From assembly GCA_964511085.1 (NCBI GenBank), contig CAZEDO010000002.1, positions 7,945-69,966 of the forward strand: 62,022 nt of DNA, read 5' to 3'. Made by a program: the position numbers and the translations under genes. Position 1 is the stretch's first letter; each line of letters opens with the position of its first letter. This stretch comes from an uncultured Lentimicrobiaceae bacterium. GTDB lineage: Bacteria; Bacteroidota; Bacteroidia; Bacteroidales; DASVHX01. Shown here piece after piece: positions 1 to 9,655 of the stretch. The notes below the pieces were generated by a model. The model did no database searches. It worked only from the letters and a program-made list of their open reading frames with translations, and had not been told where the DNA came from.

Positions 1-24
1 CTGGGGGTGGGTAAAAATTGGATT

Positions 25-426
25 ATGAAACGAAAAATCCTTCCATACAAACCCTATCTAAAACCCATCGCAAATAAATTGCGCAAACAGATGACATTGT
101 CTGAAGTATTGCTTTGGAATACATTGAAACAAAAGAAGATGCTCGGAATGGATTTTGACCGTCAAAGGCCCATTCTTAATTATATTGTCGATTTTTATTG
201 CAAAGATTTGATGCTTGCAATTGAGGTAGATGGGAGTAGCCATGACAACAAATGGGAAAAAGATCAATTCAGACAGCAGGAATTGGAACAAGCGGGAGTC
301 CGTTTTCTTCGTTTTACCGATTATGAAGTCAAGAAAGATATTCAGGGAGTTTTGCGTGTGATTGAGGATTGGGTTGAGGACGCAATTAAGAAAGAGGGGT
401 ATGCAGGGAGGGTTACCCACCCCTAA
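25..426 (+). CDS. DUF559 domain (Vsr-like PD-(D/E)XK) endonuclease
   Basis: Motifs LRKQMTLSEVLLW, FDRQRPI..YIVDFYC, AIEVDGSSH, D..RQ..LE..G..FLRF. ATG at 25 preferred over the GTG at 7. Confidence 0.9.
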   Translation: MKRKILPYKPYLKPIANKLRKQMTLSEVLLWNTLKQKKMLGMDFDRQRPILNYIVDFYCKDLMLAIEVDGSSHDNKWEKDQFRQQELEQAGVRFLRFTDYEVKKDIQGVLRVIEDWVEDAIKKEGYAGRVTHP

Positions 427-597
427 CCCCTCCAGGGAGGGGAATTTGATATTGCTTCGTGGCAGGGGAATTCTAAATAATTAAGCCTGATTTCTTCTTT
501 TAAAAGCACCACTCACACTAAACTGCAAAGAAAGCATCGCCTCCCCCAAAAACGAACACCGGACCAATTCCCCTCCTCGGAGGGGTTAGGGGTGGGT
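415..597. repeat. REP-like inverted repeat doublet (32-bp arms, each with a CCCCTCC-nn-GGAGGGG hairpin)
   Basis: 415-446 acccacccctaacccctccagggaggggaatt is the reverse complement of 566-597 aattcccctcctcggaggggttaggggtgggt except at the 2 loop bases. A partial third copy lies at 1-12. Confidence 0.85.
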
Positions 598-613
598 CCC
601 AATTCCGACCAAC

Positions 614-647
614 AAAAATAGCGCCCCACCTCCCGGCAAGACGCTAT
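614..647 (-). terminator. Rho-independent terminator after the 669-1013 gene
   Basis: Minus strand: atagcgtcttgcc / ggtggggcgctat stem followed by a T-run. Confidence 0.6.
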
Positions 648-668
648 CTATAAAGAATAACTCTAAAA

Positions 669-1013
669 TTACTCTTCTTTCGCCTGGCTACCGCACCGGC
701 CTCTCCACTCCTCTTTCATTTTTTCCCTTTCTTCCGGGCTAAGGTGCATCCATTTGCCATGCCATTCGTGCCCTTTATGGCTGTGGCCATGGCCTCCCCT
801 GAATCCTCCGAAAAGAATTTTCGATAATACCAGGATTCCCAGTGCCTGCCAGAAAGTAATTATACTGACTCCAAGAACTGCCGGAAGTATGCTGTTCCAA
901 AGGAACATTACAAGGCTACCAAAAATAAACACGCCGGCTACTATGGCTATGGGAATGAAAATGGCCCGTTTAATCCAGAATTTCTTTCCCCTGTTTTCAC
1001 TGCAACACATCAT
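669..1013 (-). CDS. Small membrane protein downstream of the ECF sigma factor
   Basis: Two to three hydrophobic segments (LWN..LP, ITFWQALGILVLSKILFGG) and a His/Trp-rich tail (KWMHLSPEEREKMKEEW). Confidence 0.75.
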   Translation of the reverse strand: MMCCSENRGKKFWIKRAIFIPIAIVAGVFIFGSLVMFLWNSILPAVLGVSIITFWQALGILVLSKILFGGFRGGHGHSHKGHEWHGKWMHLSPEEREKMKEEWRGRCGSQAKEE

Positions 1014-1033
1014 GATTTCTAAGTTTTAAATTG

Positions 1034-1597
1034 TTAATATTCGTTGTACATATTTTGAAGCCGCTCCCGCAAGTATGCAACGGCGTAGCGCTTCCGCGAT
1101 ATGATTGTTTTAATGTTATCACCGGTTTTGTCAGCAATTTCCTGCAGGGTCATTTCCTCCAGTTCATTCCATACATAAACCTCCCGCTGTTTCTGAGGCA
1201 AGGCATCCAATGCCGTAAAAAATTCCTCCCTGAAATACGCGCGTTCAAGTTCAATTTCAGGATTCATCTCATCAGCCAGCAACGCTTCCGGATAAATCAG
1301 GTCGCCGTTTTCATCTTCATACGCGAGGTCTTCCAGCGATTGTGGCTTCAGTTTACGTTGTTTATCAACAATCCTGTTTCGGCTTACGCGATAAAGCCAT
1401 GAACCTAATTGCTCAATAGGTTCAATATCCACAACTGAACTTAGCTGGTACCACACATCCTGCAGGATATCCTCGGCGTCTTCGTCGCTCTTCACACGGC
1501 CGCGTATAAAGCTGAACAAACGCTTCCCGTAATCCTGCACAGCATCCACTATTCTTTGCTGTTTCGCCATCGGTGATATCGTGATTAAATCTACCAT
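1034..1597 (-). CDS. ECF-type RNA polymerase sigma-70 factor
   Basis: Region 2 DAEDILQDVW..WLYRVSRNRIVD; region 4 LDALPQKQREVYV..MTLQEIA. Confidence 0.92.
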   Translation of the reverse strand: MVDLITISPMAKQQRIVDAVQDYGKRLFSFIRGRVKSDEDAEDILQDVWYQLSSVVDIEPIEQLGSWLYRVSRNRIVDKQRKLKPQSLEDLAYEDENGDLIYPEALLADEMNPEIELERAYFREEFFTALDALPQKQREVYVWNELEEMTLQEIADKTGDNIKTIISRKRYAVAYLRERLQNMYNEY

Positions 1598-1768
1598 ATA
1601 TACTGGTAGACGATTGAAAGATGAAATTACTTTAAAAGTTGAATATTAAATTTAGACAGATAAAATCTATAATCCGTGAAAATTAAAAAAATCCACGTTA
1701 GAACCAATAAATTTTAAAATGGGTACAATAATCTACAGGCCTACTATTAAATTACCCGAAGGCCAAAA

Positions 1769-4318
1769 TTAAGGTGCTAAAATCCTAAACGTCACTCCAG
1801 GTGATACTGTTAGAAGCGCATCTGATTCAATTACAACGCTTTTAACGGTAAGATTATATGTAAGCACCGGAAGAGGCCTTGTATGTCCATACACAATTAC
1901 AGTTGATGATGGTCCCGGCACGGAACCTTCTTCCCAGTTGCCACAATCGCTCATTGTACTGGTATTTTTATTCCCTGTCCAAACAGAAACTGTATGCGTC
2001 ATCTTGCCTGGCCCGCTACGGGTATTCACTACAGCAGGGGCTGTATATGCTACACGCACCCAACAACGTTGACCGGCATATGTATTTGCAGTGTTCCTTA
2101 CTTTTGCAGTAACCCACCCTTCTGAGATTGCAGTATAATTCACGACTAATGGAGCTGCAGCCGTTGTTATTCCGGAAGTACTTGCTACTAATTCTCCATT
2201 GGAATTATAAAGGCCAACAGTGAGGTCTCTTCCATCAATCTCAGGATACACTGTACAAGTAACAAGTTCATTGATGCCTGAATAAATTTTTCCTGCGATG
2301 CGTTCATTCATCGAATTATCCGGCAGTTTGCCTCCCTGCCCCAGCGAACTGCAATGGCAGTCGCCCAGATCGTCAGCCATTTCCCATTCCTGCTCTGTAA
2401 CTGTATTTCGTGCCGGAGTGTATGTTACCAGATAGTTATAGATATCCGAAACGCTTGCAAACGTAACTCCTGCAGGCAAAGGCGCCCATATTGAATATCC
2501 ATGACCGTTTGCTCCCTGAATTGAATGCCCGTTTGGCGCAGTCTTTATCAGCACCCTTCCGTCAGCATATACTGTGGTTGAGGTTATGCCATGCGCTCCT
2601 GAATAATCATATAATTCCTTATTTCTCCAGGAAGGGTCACCCACGGATACCCACACCTGCTGATCCTGAGAGTTATCTGCTACCCCAAAATAAGCATCCG
2701 TAATACCAATGATAGCTTTACCAGTTCTTTCAATAACCAGATGATCTCCGCTTGAGCCTGTTGAGTAATATGGAGCTGATGAGCCACTAAGTGCAGTTAG
2801 TACTGAATATGCTCCTTGCTTGAACGCCAGTTTTTGATGCGCCTGCATAATGTTTTTTAAGTCGGGCCGCACTGGCAGATCCGTTTCTGATGTAGGGAGA
2901 TGACTCCATCTTTTTCCTGTAGTACCTATATCGAACAAGTCTTCAAAGTACAGGTCAGGATTTCCATCAATCGAAAACACAACAGCATAGGCTGCCGCAA
3001 GCCGTGGTTCCCTTGGGTCAATATGATTACCATTACCTCCAAGCTCATTACCTGTATTCCACCCGGTTGCATCACCTAAAACACTGAGGTAGTTTCCATT
3101 AGAAGCTAATTTAGGACGAAATGTGTCATGGCTGTTCACAAAAGGTACTGTACGATATACGCGTTTTGTTCCATAGTCGTAATAGCGTTTGCCTTGCTGG
3201 CACGATGGTATATTTTGCATATCATAATAGCCACCACCAGTAACAAGACCGTAAATACCACTTCCATTTGTACTGTAGCCCCTCAAACTCAAATCGAAAG
3301 TACCTGTATGCTCTTCACCTCCGCTTGCAACATTGGTCACATAATTATCAATGTCAAATTGGTTACCTATCCATTCGCCCACGCTGAACATATTTTGTCC
3401 TCCGTTGGCAAAAGACGGGAGGTTATACTTCACCTGCGTGATGAAATCATTCTGAGCATAAATCGAAAAGTGTTTCACAGCATCAAACCGGAACCCATCA
3501 ATATCAGTTTGTTTTTTGAACCACGACATATATTCCCGCCCACCCGTTAACATATAATTGCCCGATTGGGCAGGATTATAATATGGCCGGCTAATACCGC
3601 CAATTGTAACAGAGCCGGAAGTTGGAATATTTGAACTCTGACCAAAAGCACCCGGAGTTTCAAAATCAATATCGGGTCCCCAGAAAGTGCCGCATATATC
3701 ACCACTATTACAGTTATTAGCAAAGTTTGGATGAAAATTCGGATAATTTTTTGCCCAGCGACCTGACCGGGTCCAATAGTCATTTTGCGATTCATCAACA
3801 CGCGGGGTTTTGTAACTTACATAGCGAAAGTTTTTAAAACCACCTGCTGACAGCATCGAGTAGGCTGTTTCCGGATCCAATCCCCCGGTAGAATTAGGGT
3901 CAGCATTATGGTTGAGTACCATATCTTCTATAACTTCTATTCCATTGGCATGTAAAACAGCAATCATCCGAAGCAGCTCATCTTTAGTTCCGGAACGGGT
4001 AGTATCGCCTTGCTGCTTTTGATATTTATCTCCAAGATCGTAGAGGTCAAAAGGTACATATCCAACTGAGGAAGCTGATTGATTTTTAGCTGATGGTGGT
4101 ATCCAAACAGCATCAATTCCAAGTGCTTTAAGACGGGGTGCTAATTCAGTGAGATAATTAGCCCAGCCATTACGGAAATTATTATTATAATAATCCCACC
4201 AGAAACCCTGCAATACAACTTTTGAAACAGTTTCGGATGGCTGTGCATTAGAATAATAGCTCGAGCGGAGTAATAGAAAAAGTACTAAAACAAGTGTTTT
4301 AAAAATAGGTTTCTTCAT
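1769..4318 (-). CDS. Secreted GH13 alpha-amylase
   Basis: Signal peptide; LQGFWWD, WIPP, GYVPFDLYDLG, VLNH; catalytic motifs FRFDAVKH, VGEW, FVNSHD. Confidence 0.9.
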   Translation of the reverse strand: MKKPIFKTLVLVLFLLLRSSYYSNAQPSETVSKVVLQGFWWDYYNNNFRNGWANYLTELAPRLKALGIDAVWIPPSAKNQSASSVGYVPFDLYDLGDKYQKQQGDTTRSGTKDELLRMIAVLHANGIEVIEDMVLNHNADPNSTGGLDPETAYSMLSAGGFKNFRYVSYKTPRVDESQNDYWTRSGRWAKNYPNFHPNFANNCNSGDICGTFWGPDIDFETPGAFGQSSNIPTSGSVTIGGISRPYYNPAQSGNYMLTGGREYMSWFKKQTDIDGFRFDAVKHFSIYAQNDFITQVKYNLPSFANGGQNMFSVGEWIGNQFDIDNYVTNVASGGEEHTGTFDLSLRGYSTNGSGIYGLVTGGGYYDMQNIPSCQQGKRYYDYGTKRVYRTVPFVNSHDTFRPKLASNGNYLSVLGDATGWNTGNELGGNGNHIDPREPRLAAAYAVVFSIDGNPDLYFEDLFDIGTTGKRWSHLPTSETDLPVRPDLKNIMQAHQKLAFKQGAYSVLTALSGSSAPYYSTGSSGDHLVIERTGKAIIGITDAYFGVADNSQDQQVWVSVGDPSWRNKELYDYSGAHGITSTTVYADGRVLIKTAPNGHSIQGANGHGYSIWAPLPAGVTFASVSDIYNYLVTYTPARNTVTEQEWEMADDLGDCHCSSLGQGGKLPDNSMNERIAGKIYSGINELVTCTVYPEIDGRDLTVGLYNSNGELVASTSGITTAAAPLVVNYTAISEGWVTAKVRNTANTYAGQRCWVRVAYTAPAVVNTRSGPGKMTHTVSVWTGNKNTSTMSDCGNWEEGSVPGPSSTVIVYGHTRPLPVLTYNLTVKSVVIESDALLTVSPGVTFRILAP

Positions 4319-4372
4319 AGTATTTTTCGACTTAAAGTCTGTTTAAAATTTATCAATTTCGATTGTTATGAT

Positions 4373-4558
4373 GTTCAGCCCTTTCAGGGCTGTATTCGTA
4401 TTTGTTTCATTTTCCGTGTGTTACACCCACGGTTATTAAAATTAGACCCTTTCAGGGTTTTTGAGACAGAAAAGTCCGAAGGACTTTAATTTCAATAACC
4501 TCCGGTGCATCCTGATGTAAAAAATAATAATCATCCAAGAACCCCGAAAGGGTTCAAC
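4373..4558. repeat. REPIN-like imperfect inverted repeat with four short hairpins
   Basis: Hairpins gccctttcagggc, accctttcagggt, agtccgaaggact and aaccccgaaagggtt. The left half is roughly the reverse complement of the right half. Confidence 0.75.
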
Positions 4559-4630
4559 TGTCTTTTGAAAGAAATTTAAACAATCTCTTCATATATTTTC
4601 ATTTTAAAACCAGCTTCATAGCCGGAATTA

Positions 4631-6676
4631 TTATTTCCGGATACAAATCCTTGCATCAACTGCTACAACCTTCTCTGGTGTTCCCAGCAGCGGATTCAGG
4701 TCAAGTTCTGATATCTCGGGAGCAACTCCCAGCAGAGCAGAAAGCCTTACGACCACATCGGCAAAATGATCTTCACTCACACCTTTCTGCCCGCGGGCAC
4801 CTTTTAGTATTCCATAGCCTTTTAATCCGCGTATCATCAGGAAGGCTTCGTCGATGCTAAGAGGCGCCAATCCGGCACTAACATCTTTCAACACTTCGAT
4901 AAAAATTCCACCAAGCCCACACAACACCATGTGTCCGAAACCTGGTTCAAATTTGGCCCCTGCGAAAAGTTCGGTACCAGTGAGCATTGGTTGAATGAGG
5001 ATGGCATGCGTGTCCGGAATTTTTATCATCCTTTCAAATTCAGCGACAACGGTATCAAAATCTTTTACATTAAGAACCACGCCGCCCACGTCCGATTTAT
5101 GGATCGGCCCTACAACCTTCATAACCACAGGTAATCCCAGCTTGCTGGCAGCTTTGATGGCTTCCTCCTTTGTGGTTACCTGGGCTTCGCCAGCCCGCGG
5201 AATACCTGCTGCATCAAGCAATTCACTAACTAACACAGGCGAGAGATATCCATCAGGAACAGCGTCAATAATTTTACGGATTCTCACCTTATCAACAGCT
5301 GGCATTATAGCAGCTACAGCCGGTTTTGGAGTATTGTAAACCTTGCAAAGCGCATTTCCAAACGCCACTTCATCAGGGAAATTGATCCGTCCCATCGAAA
5401 GAAAATATTCGATCTCCTTATTCACGTTGATTATAGAAGGAAGTATAGGAAATATGGGTTTGCTGCAGGTACGCATTTTCCCGTCAAGAACTTTATAAAC
5501 ATCATATACTTCGAACAAGCCAGGGCTTCCGAAAATGACGGCCATTCCATCAATGTTATCAAATTTTTTATCGCAATACTCAATTATTTCACCTAATTGA
5601 TCTGCAGTACCTGTTGCCAGGAAATCGATAGGATTCGCCACCGACGATCCGGGGAAAAGTTTGGCAAGCAATTCAGGACTCTGGAGTTTAGGAATTTCAA
5701 GTCCACCGGAAGATAATGCATCCGTGAGCATAACGGCAGGGCCTCCTGCGTGGGTGATGATAGCAATATTGCGTCCCCGGAGTTCTTTATGCATAAATAC
5801 GGAAGCAACGGTTGCCAGTTCGTCGCGGCTATAGCAGCGGACTATACCGGCTTTGCGAAAGAGAGCATCCACGGCCACATCAGAGCTTGCCAAAGCGCCT
5901 GTATGCGACGATGCGGCACGGCTTCCGGCAGATGAACTTCCTGCCTTAACAGCGGCTATGTGGCAACCTTTATTAATGAGAGAAGAGGCGTGCTTCAGCA
6001 ACATTGCCGGATTGTTTATACTTTCTATGTACAGCATTTTCACCCGCGAACTGCTGATAGGATCGAAGGATTCATCCAGGTACCTGAGAAGATCCTCCAC
6101 TCCTAACTGTGCGCTGTTTCCCACGGAATAAACACTTGAAAATGTTAATCCTTTCGGGATGCTGGCTTCCATAATAAACACAGCGGTAGCTCCTGAACCA
6201 GAGATAAAATCAACACCCTTTGGATCAAGTTTAGGAATTGGGGTGGTAAACACTGAAGTATGGTGCTGATTCATCAGGCCAATACAATTTGGGCCGATAA
6301 GGCTGCCATTAACACTATTGATTGTAGCAACAATCTGGTCTTCCAGCAAGCCACCGGCTTCACTTTCCTCATGAAAGCCCGCTGAGAGAATCACGAAAGC
6401 ACGTGTATTTTTCTCCCTGGCAAGAATTTCAACAGTTTCTGGGCAATATTTTGCAGCAATGGCAAGGACAGCAAAATCAACTTGCGGCAGATCGCCGGCA
6501 CTTGCAAAGCATTTAATACCCTGTACCATTGTTTCTTTTGGATTGGTGACATAAAGCTTCCCTGCAAACTTCTGGTCAATCAGGTTTTTTAACACTTTCC
6601 CCCCTGGCTTGGTGGTATCATTGGATCCACCGATTATTACTATGCTTTTAGGATTTATAAGCTGGTCGGCGATCAT
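4631..6676 (-). CDS. Acyl-CoA synthetase (ADP-forming), fused alpha/beta (acetate--CoA ligase family)
   Basis: CoA-binding N-terminus (NPKSIVIIGGS, IGPNCIG), phospho-His motif SSHTGALA, C-terminal ATP-grasp (HKSDVGGV, ELDLNPL, AVDAR). Confidence 0.92.
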   Translation of the reverse strand: MIADQLINPKSIVIIGGSNDTTKPGGKVLKNLIDQKFAGKLYVTNPKETMVQGIKCFASAGDLPQVDFAVLAIAAKYCPETVEILAREKNTRAFVILSAGFHEESEAGGLLEDQIVATINSVNGSLIGPNCIGLMNQHHTSVFTTPIPKLDPKGVDFISGSGATAVFIMEASIPKGLTFSSVYSVGNSAQLGVEDLLRYLDESFDPISSSRVKMLYIESINNPAMLLKHASSLINKGCHIAAVKAGSSSAGSRAASSHTGALASSDVAVDALFRKAGIVRCYSRDELATVASVFMHKELRGRNIAIITHAGGPAVMLTDALSSGGLEIPKLQSPELLAKLFPGSSVANPIDFLATGTADQLGEIIEYCDKKFDNIDGMAVIFGSPGLFEVYDVYKVLDGKMRTCSKPIFPILPSIINVNKEIEYFLSMGRINFPDEVAFGNALCKVYNTPKPAVAAIMPAVDKVRIRKIIDAVPDGYLSPVLVSELLDAAGIPRAGEAQVTTKEEAIKAASKLGLPVVMKVVGPIHKSDVGGVVLNVKDFDTVVAEFERMIKIPDTHAILIQPMLTGTELFAGAKFEPGFGHMVLCGLGGIFIEVLKDVSAGLAPLSIDEAFLMIRGLKGYGILKGARGQKGVSEDHFADVVVRLSALLGVAPEISELDLNPLLGTPEKVVAVDARICIRK

Positions 6677-6928
6677 TTTTGTTGATATTTAGATAATGCT
6701 TACAAGTATATTGAAATTGGCAACCTCTGATTTTATTCTAAAACCTCTGTAACCTGCTTTATTTGTGGCTTAATGTCATTTTTATCTGATTACTCTTGCA
6801 TTTGAATTCCCTGAAACAAATAAGAACTCCCATGCAACTAAAACATAAAATCAATCCTCCTGAATTGTGGAAGCTAAATTATGAAAAGGAAAGAGATTTT
6901 TGCCAATGAGTGAGAACATAGAAGGAGA

Positions 6929-7687
6929 TTATTTCATAAAAGGAATAAAAACAGGAGTTTCTGACTTGTAGGCTTCCCAATCAGCACGACCTTCATATTT
7001 AGCTTCGAGCATAGGAACGCCTGAAATGTAACGAATTAACAAAGTAATAGTAAGTGGCCCTATTACTGTAAATAGACCATTGATTTCAGGTATGGCAAAT
7101 AACCATATTCCCCACCACAGTATGGCTTCGCCAAAATAATTCGGGTGACGGGTATATTTCCAAACACCGGTAGTAATCAGTTTTCCTGCATTTTCAGGAA
7201 GTTGTTTAAATTGATTCAATTGCCGGTCGCCAATAACTTCCATACCAAAACCACATAGGAAAATGATCAGGCCAATCACATCAATGAAACCAATACTTCT
7301 GGGAGCCGCAGCATTTACCCTGATTACAGGTAAAGCAACGACAAGCATGATGAATCCCTGTAGCATAAATATCTGAAAAAAGCTACGGAGCACAAAATGT
7401 TTCCATGAATTACGCCAGTTTTTATAGCGAAAATCTTCGCCACGGCCACTATTGCGGAATAAAATATATAGAGAAAGCCTCATCCCCCAGGCAAGAATGA
7501 GTAAATTGAAAATGATCTTCCTCAGATTGATTTCTCTTACGAAAAGGGTGAAAATGGCAATAAAAACAAACCCTATCCCCCAACCCATATCAACAATAGA
7601 ATTGTCCTCCAACACCTGCGCGAGAAGGAAAATAATTGTCATGTAAAAAAAGATGATAAGGGCCGACCAGGCCACTAACTGAAGCAT
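6929..7687 (-). CDS. DUF1295 (steroid 5-alpha-reductase-like) membrane protein
   Basis: DNSIVDMGWG, GEDFRY, TRHPNYFGE..LWWG. Confidence 0.9.
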   Translation of the reverse strand: MLQLVAWSALIIFFYMTIIFLLAQVLEDNSIVDMGWGIGFVFIAIFTLFVREINLRKIIFNLLILAWGMRLSLYILFRNSGRGEDFRYKNWRNSWKHFVLRSFFQIFMLQGFIMLVVALPVIRVNAAAPRSIGFIDVIGLIIFLCGFGMEVIGDRQLNQFKQLPENAGKLITTGVWKYTRHPNYFGEAILWWGIWLFAIPEINGLFTVIGPLTITLLIRYISGVPMLEAKYEGRADWEAYKSETPVFIPFMK

Positions 7688-7703
7688 TGTACTATTAAAT
7701 GGT

Positions 7704-9512
7704 TTACTCGAACATCACAGAAACCACAACTATTCCGGGACCAGCATTAACGCCAAGAACCGGAGAAGCATGGTTTATAAACTCAGCTGGTTTCCCTGTA
7801 AGTTCTTCCATTTTAAGGGCAAATACATCGGCTGTTTCCTGGTTCCGGATGTGAGAAATAGCGTATCCCCAAACCTTTTGGGTTTGCATGTGATTCTCAA
7901 TATCCTTCATGATACGTGCCATGCTTGCTTTTTCGGTGAATGGCTTTGCCAGCACATCGGCACGGCCATCATCATTAACAATAATTATGGGTTTAACATT
8001 CAGCAGTTTGCCAATTATACCTTTAGTCTGGCTGAGCCTGCCACTCTTCACCATATACTTGGTAGAACGCGCACTCACATATATTTTGTTCTTTGCAGTA
8101 TAGGTATCCATCAGTTGAAGTACTTCGTCATGCGAAGCGCCACCTTCGATAAGCCTTGCAGCACGAAGGACTGATAATCCCAAAGATGCCGAAATACGGT
8201 TTGAATTTACTACTGATATACGCTTATGCGATTGCTCGCTAACAGCCAGGGCGGCTCGTTGGCTGTTGGAAAATGTACCACTCATATTTTTAGTAAGGTG
8301 CAGCGCTATCAGCGATTCGTAGTGTGTGCCAAGGAATCCGTATTTATTTATAAAATCCTTGTAAGTTGGTTGCGACGTGCTGGGGTAAACGGATGAGTTG
8401 TCCAGAAGGTCATAAAATTTCTCGGAAGTGATAGTTGTGCGGTCAAGAAAATAGTTCTTACCAACATGCACGCTTAGTGGAACTACCTGAATCTGGTATT
8501 TCTCAAGAAGATGATCAGGCAGATCGCAAGTTGAATCGGTTAATAAACCAATATTCCATTTGCGGTTAGAAGCTATTTCGTTCTGCATCACCATGTCATC
8601 CACTTTCTGGTATATTATAGTTCCCCTTTTCCCCAGAAAATGAAAAAGTTCAACTGGATTGTCAGTATGAATATGTATGCGGAGTTTCTTTGGTGATCCT
8701 GCAATTACAAGGGAATCACCCATAGCAGAAATTCCTTCACGTATTATTTCTTTATTGTTCTCTCTTTCATCGTCGAAGGAAATAAGAGCTTCGCTGCAAT
8801 ACCGGAATGTAATCACTTCATGCGAAATAGCCTCCATATCGATGATCGATACTTCATTGCCTACAGCAACTTCCCTGTTTTCGGTGCGATTTTCGAAAAA
8901 GTCGAGCATCCCACCAAGAAACACTACAAACCCTTTGGCGCCAGCATCTACCACATTTGCTTTACGAAGAACCTCCAATTGCGAAGTAGTGCGTTGCAAT
9001 GACTCTTTTGCCTTATTATAGGATTTGAGAAGTAATTCCACAAAATCGTCGATCAGTTCCTTCATCGCGTAGATGAACTCAGCCCAATCCTTAATAACGG
9101 TAATCATGGTTCCTTCTACAGGGTTGGCAATGGATTCGTAAGCATAACGGACGGCGTTACGCATGTTACGGGCAAAAGATTCCACGGTGAGTGCAACTTC
9201 GCTTTCTATCTCACTGCTGAACCCATAAAGGAACTGGGCAAAAATAATTCCGGAATTCCCCCTTGCGCCTACCAATGCAGCATCCGCCAATGCAATGGCT
9301 GTTACTTTGATGTTATCGGTAGGAATGGGGCTGTCAATGATGGAACGCATAGTTGAAGCCAGGTTTGTACCTGTGTCTGCATCAGCAACCGGAAAAACGT
9401 TTATTTTATTAATCAGGTTTTGATTTTCAAAAATTCGTTCGGCACCAGCCAGGAAACTATAATAGAGGCTTTTGCCATCGAGTTCGCGCATGAACTTGGG
9501 GTTTTCGTTCAA
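7704..9512 (-). CDS. DAK2 (FakA-like)-DegV (FakB-like) fusion protein
   Basis: N-terminal INVFPVADADTGTN, GARGNSG, VDAGAKG, HIHT; C-terminal DegV TDSTCDL, TSQP, SGT, SGRL, LLNVKPII. Alternative ATG start at 9491. Confidence 0.9.
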   Translation of the reverse strand: MNENPKFMRELDGKSLYYSFLAGAERIFENQNLINKINVFPVADADTGTNLASTMRSIIDSPIPTDNIKVTAIALADAALVGARGNSGIIFAQFLYGFSSEIESEVALTVESFARNMRNAVRYAYESIANPVEGTMITVIKDWAEFIYAMKELIDDFVELLLKSYNKAKESLQRTTSQLEVLRKANVVDAGAKGFVVFLGGMLDFFENRTENREVAVGNEVSIIDMEAISHEVITFRYCSEALISFDDERENNKEIIREGISAMGDSLVIAGSPKKLRIHIHTDNPVELFHFLGKRGTIIYQKVDDMVMQNEIASNRKWNIGLLTDSTCDLPDHLLEKYQIQVVPLSVHVGKNYFLDRTTITSEKFYDLLDNSSVYPSTSQPTYKDFINKYGFLGTHYESLIALHLTKNMSGTFSNSQRAALAVSEQSHKRISVVNSNRISASLGLSVLRAARLIEGGASHDEVLQLMDTYTAKNKIYVSARSTKYMVKSGRLSQTKGIIGKLLNVKPIIIVNDDGRADVLAKPFTEKASMARIMKDIENHMQTQKVWGYAISHIRNQETADVFALKMEELTGKPAEFINHASPVLGVNAGPGIVVVSVMFE

Positions 9513-9655
9513 ATTTACCAGATTAAAAGATTAAAATAGTTATTAATAGTTATCTCTATAGAACAAATGTAAGCACAAAGATATAAAACTTTCTATATAT
9601 GCAACACAAAACGTCTGCACAATAAAGAATATATTATTGATTTATAGTGTATTAA

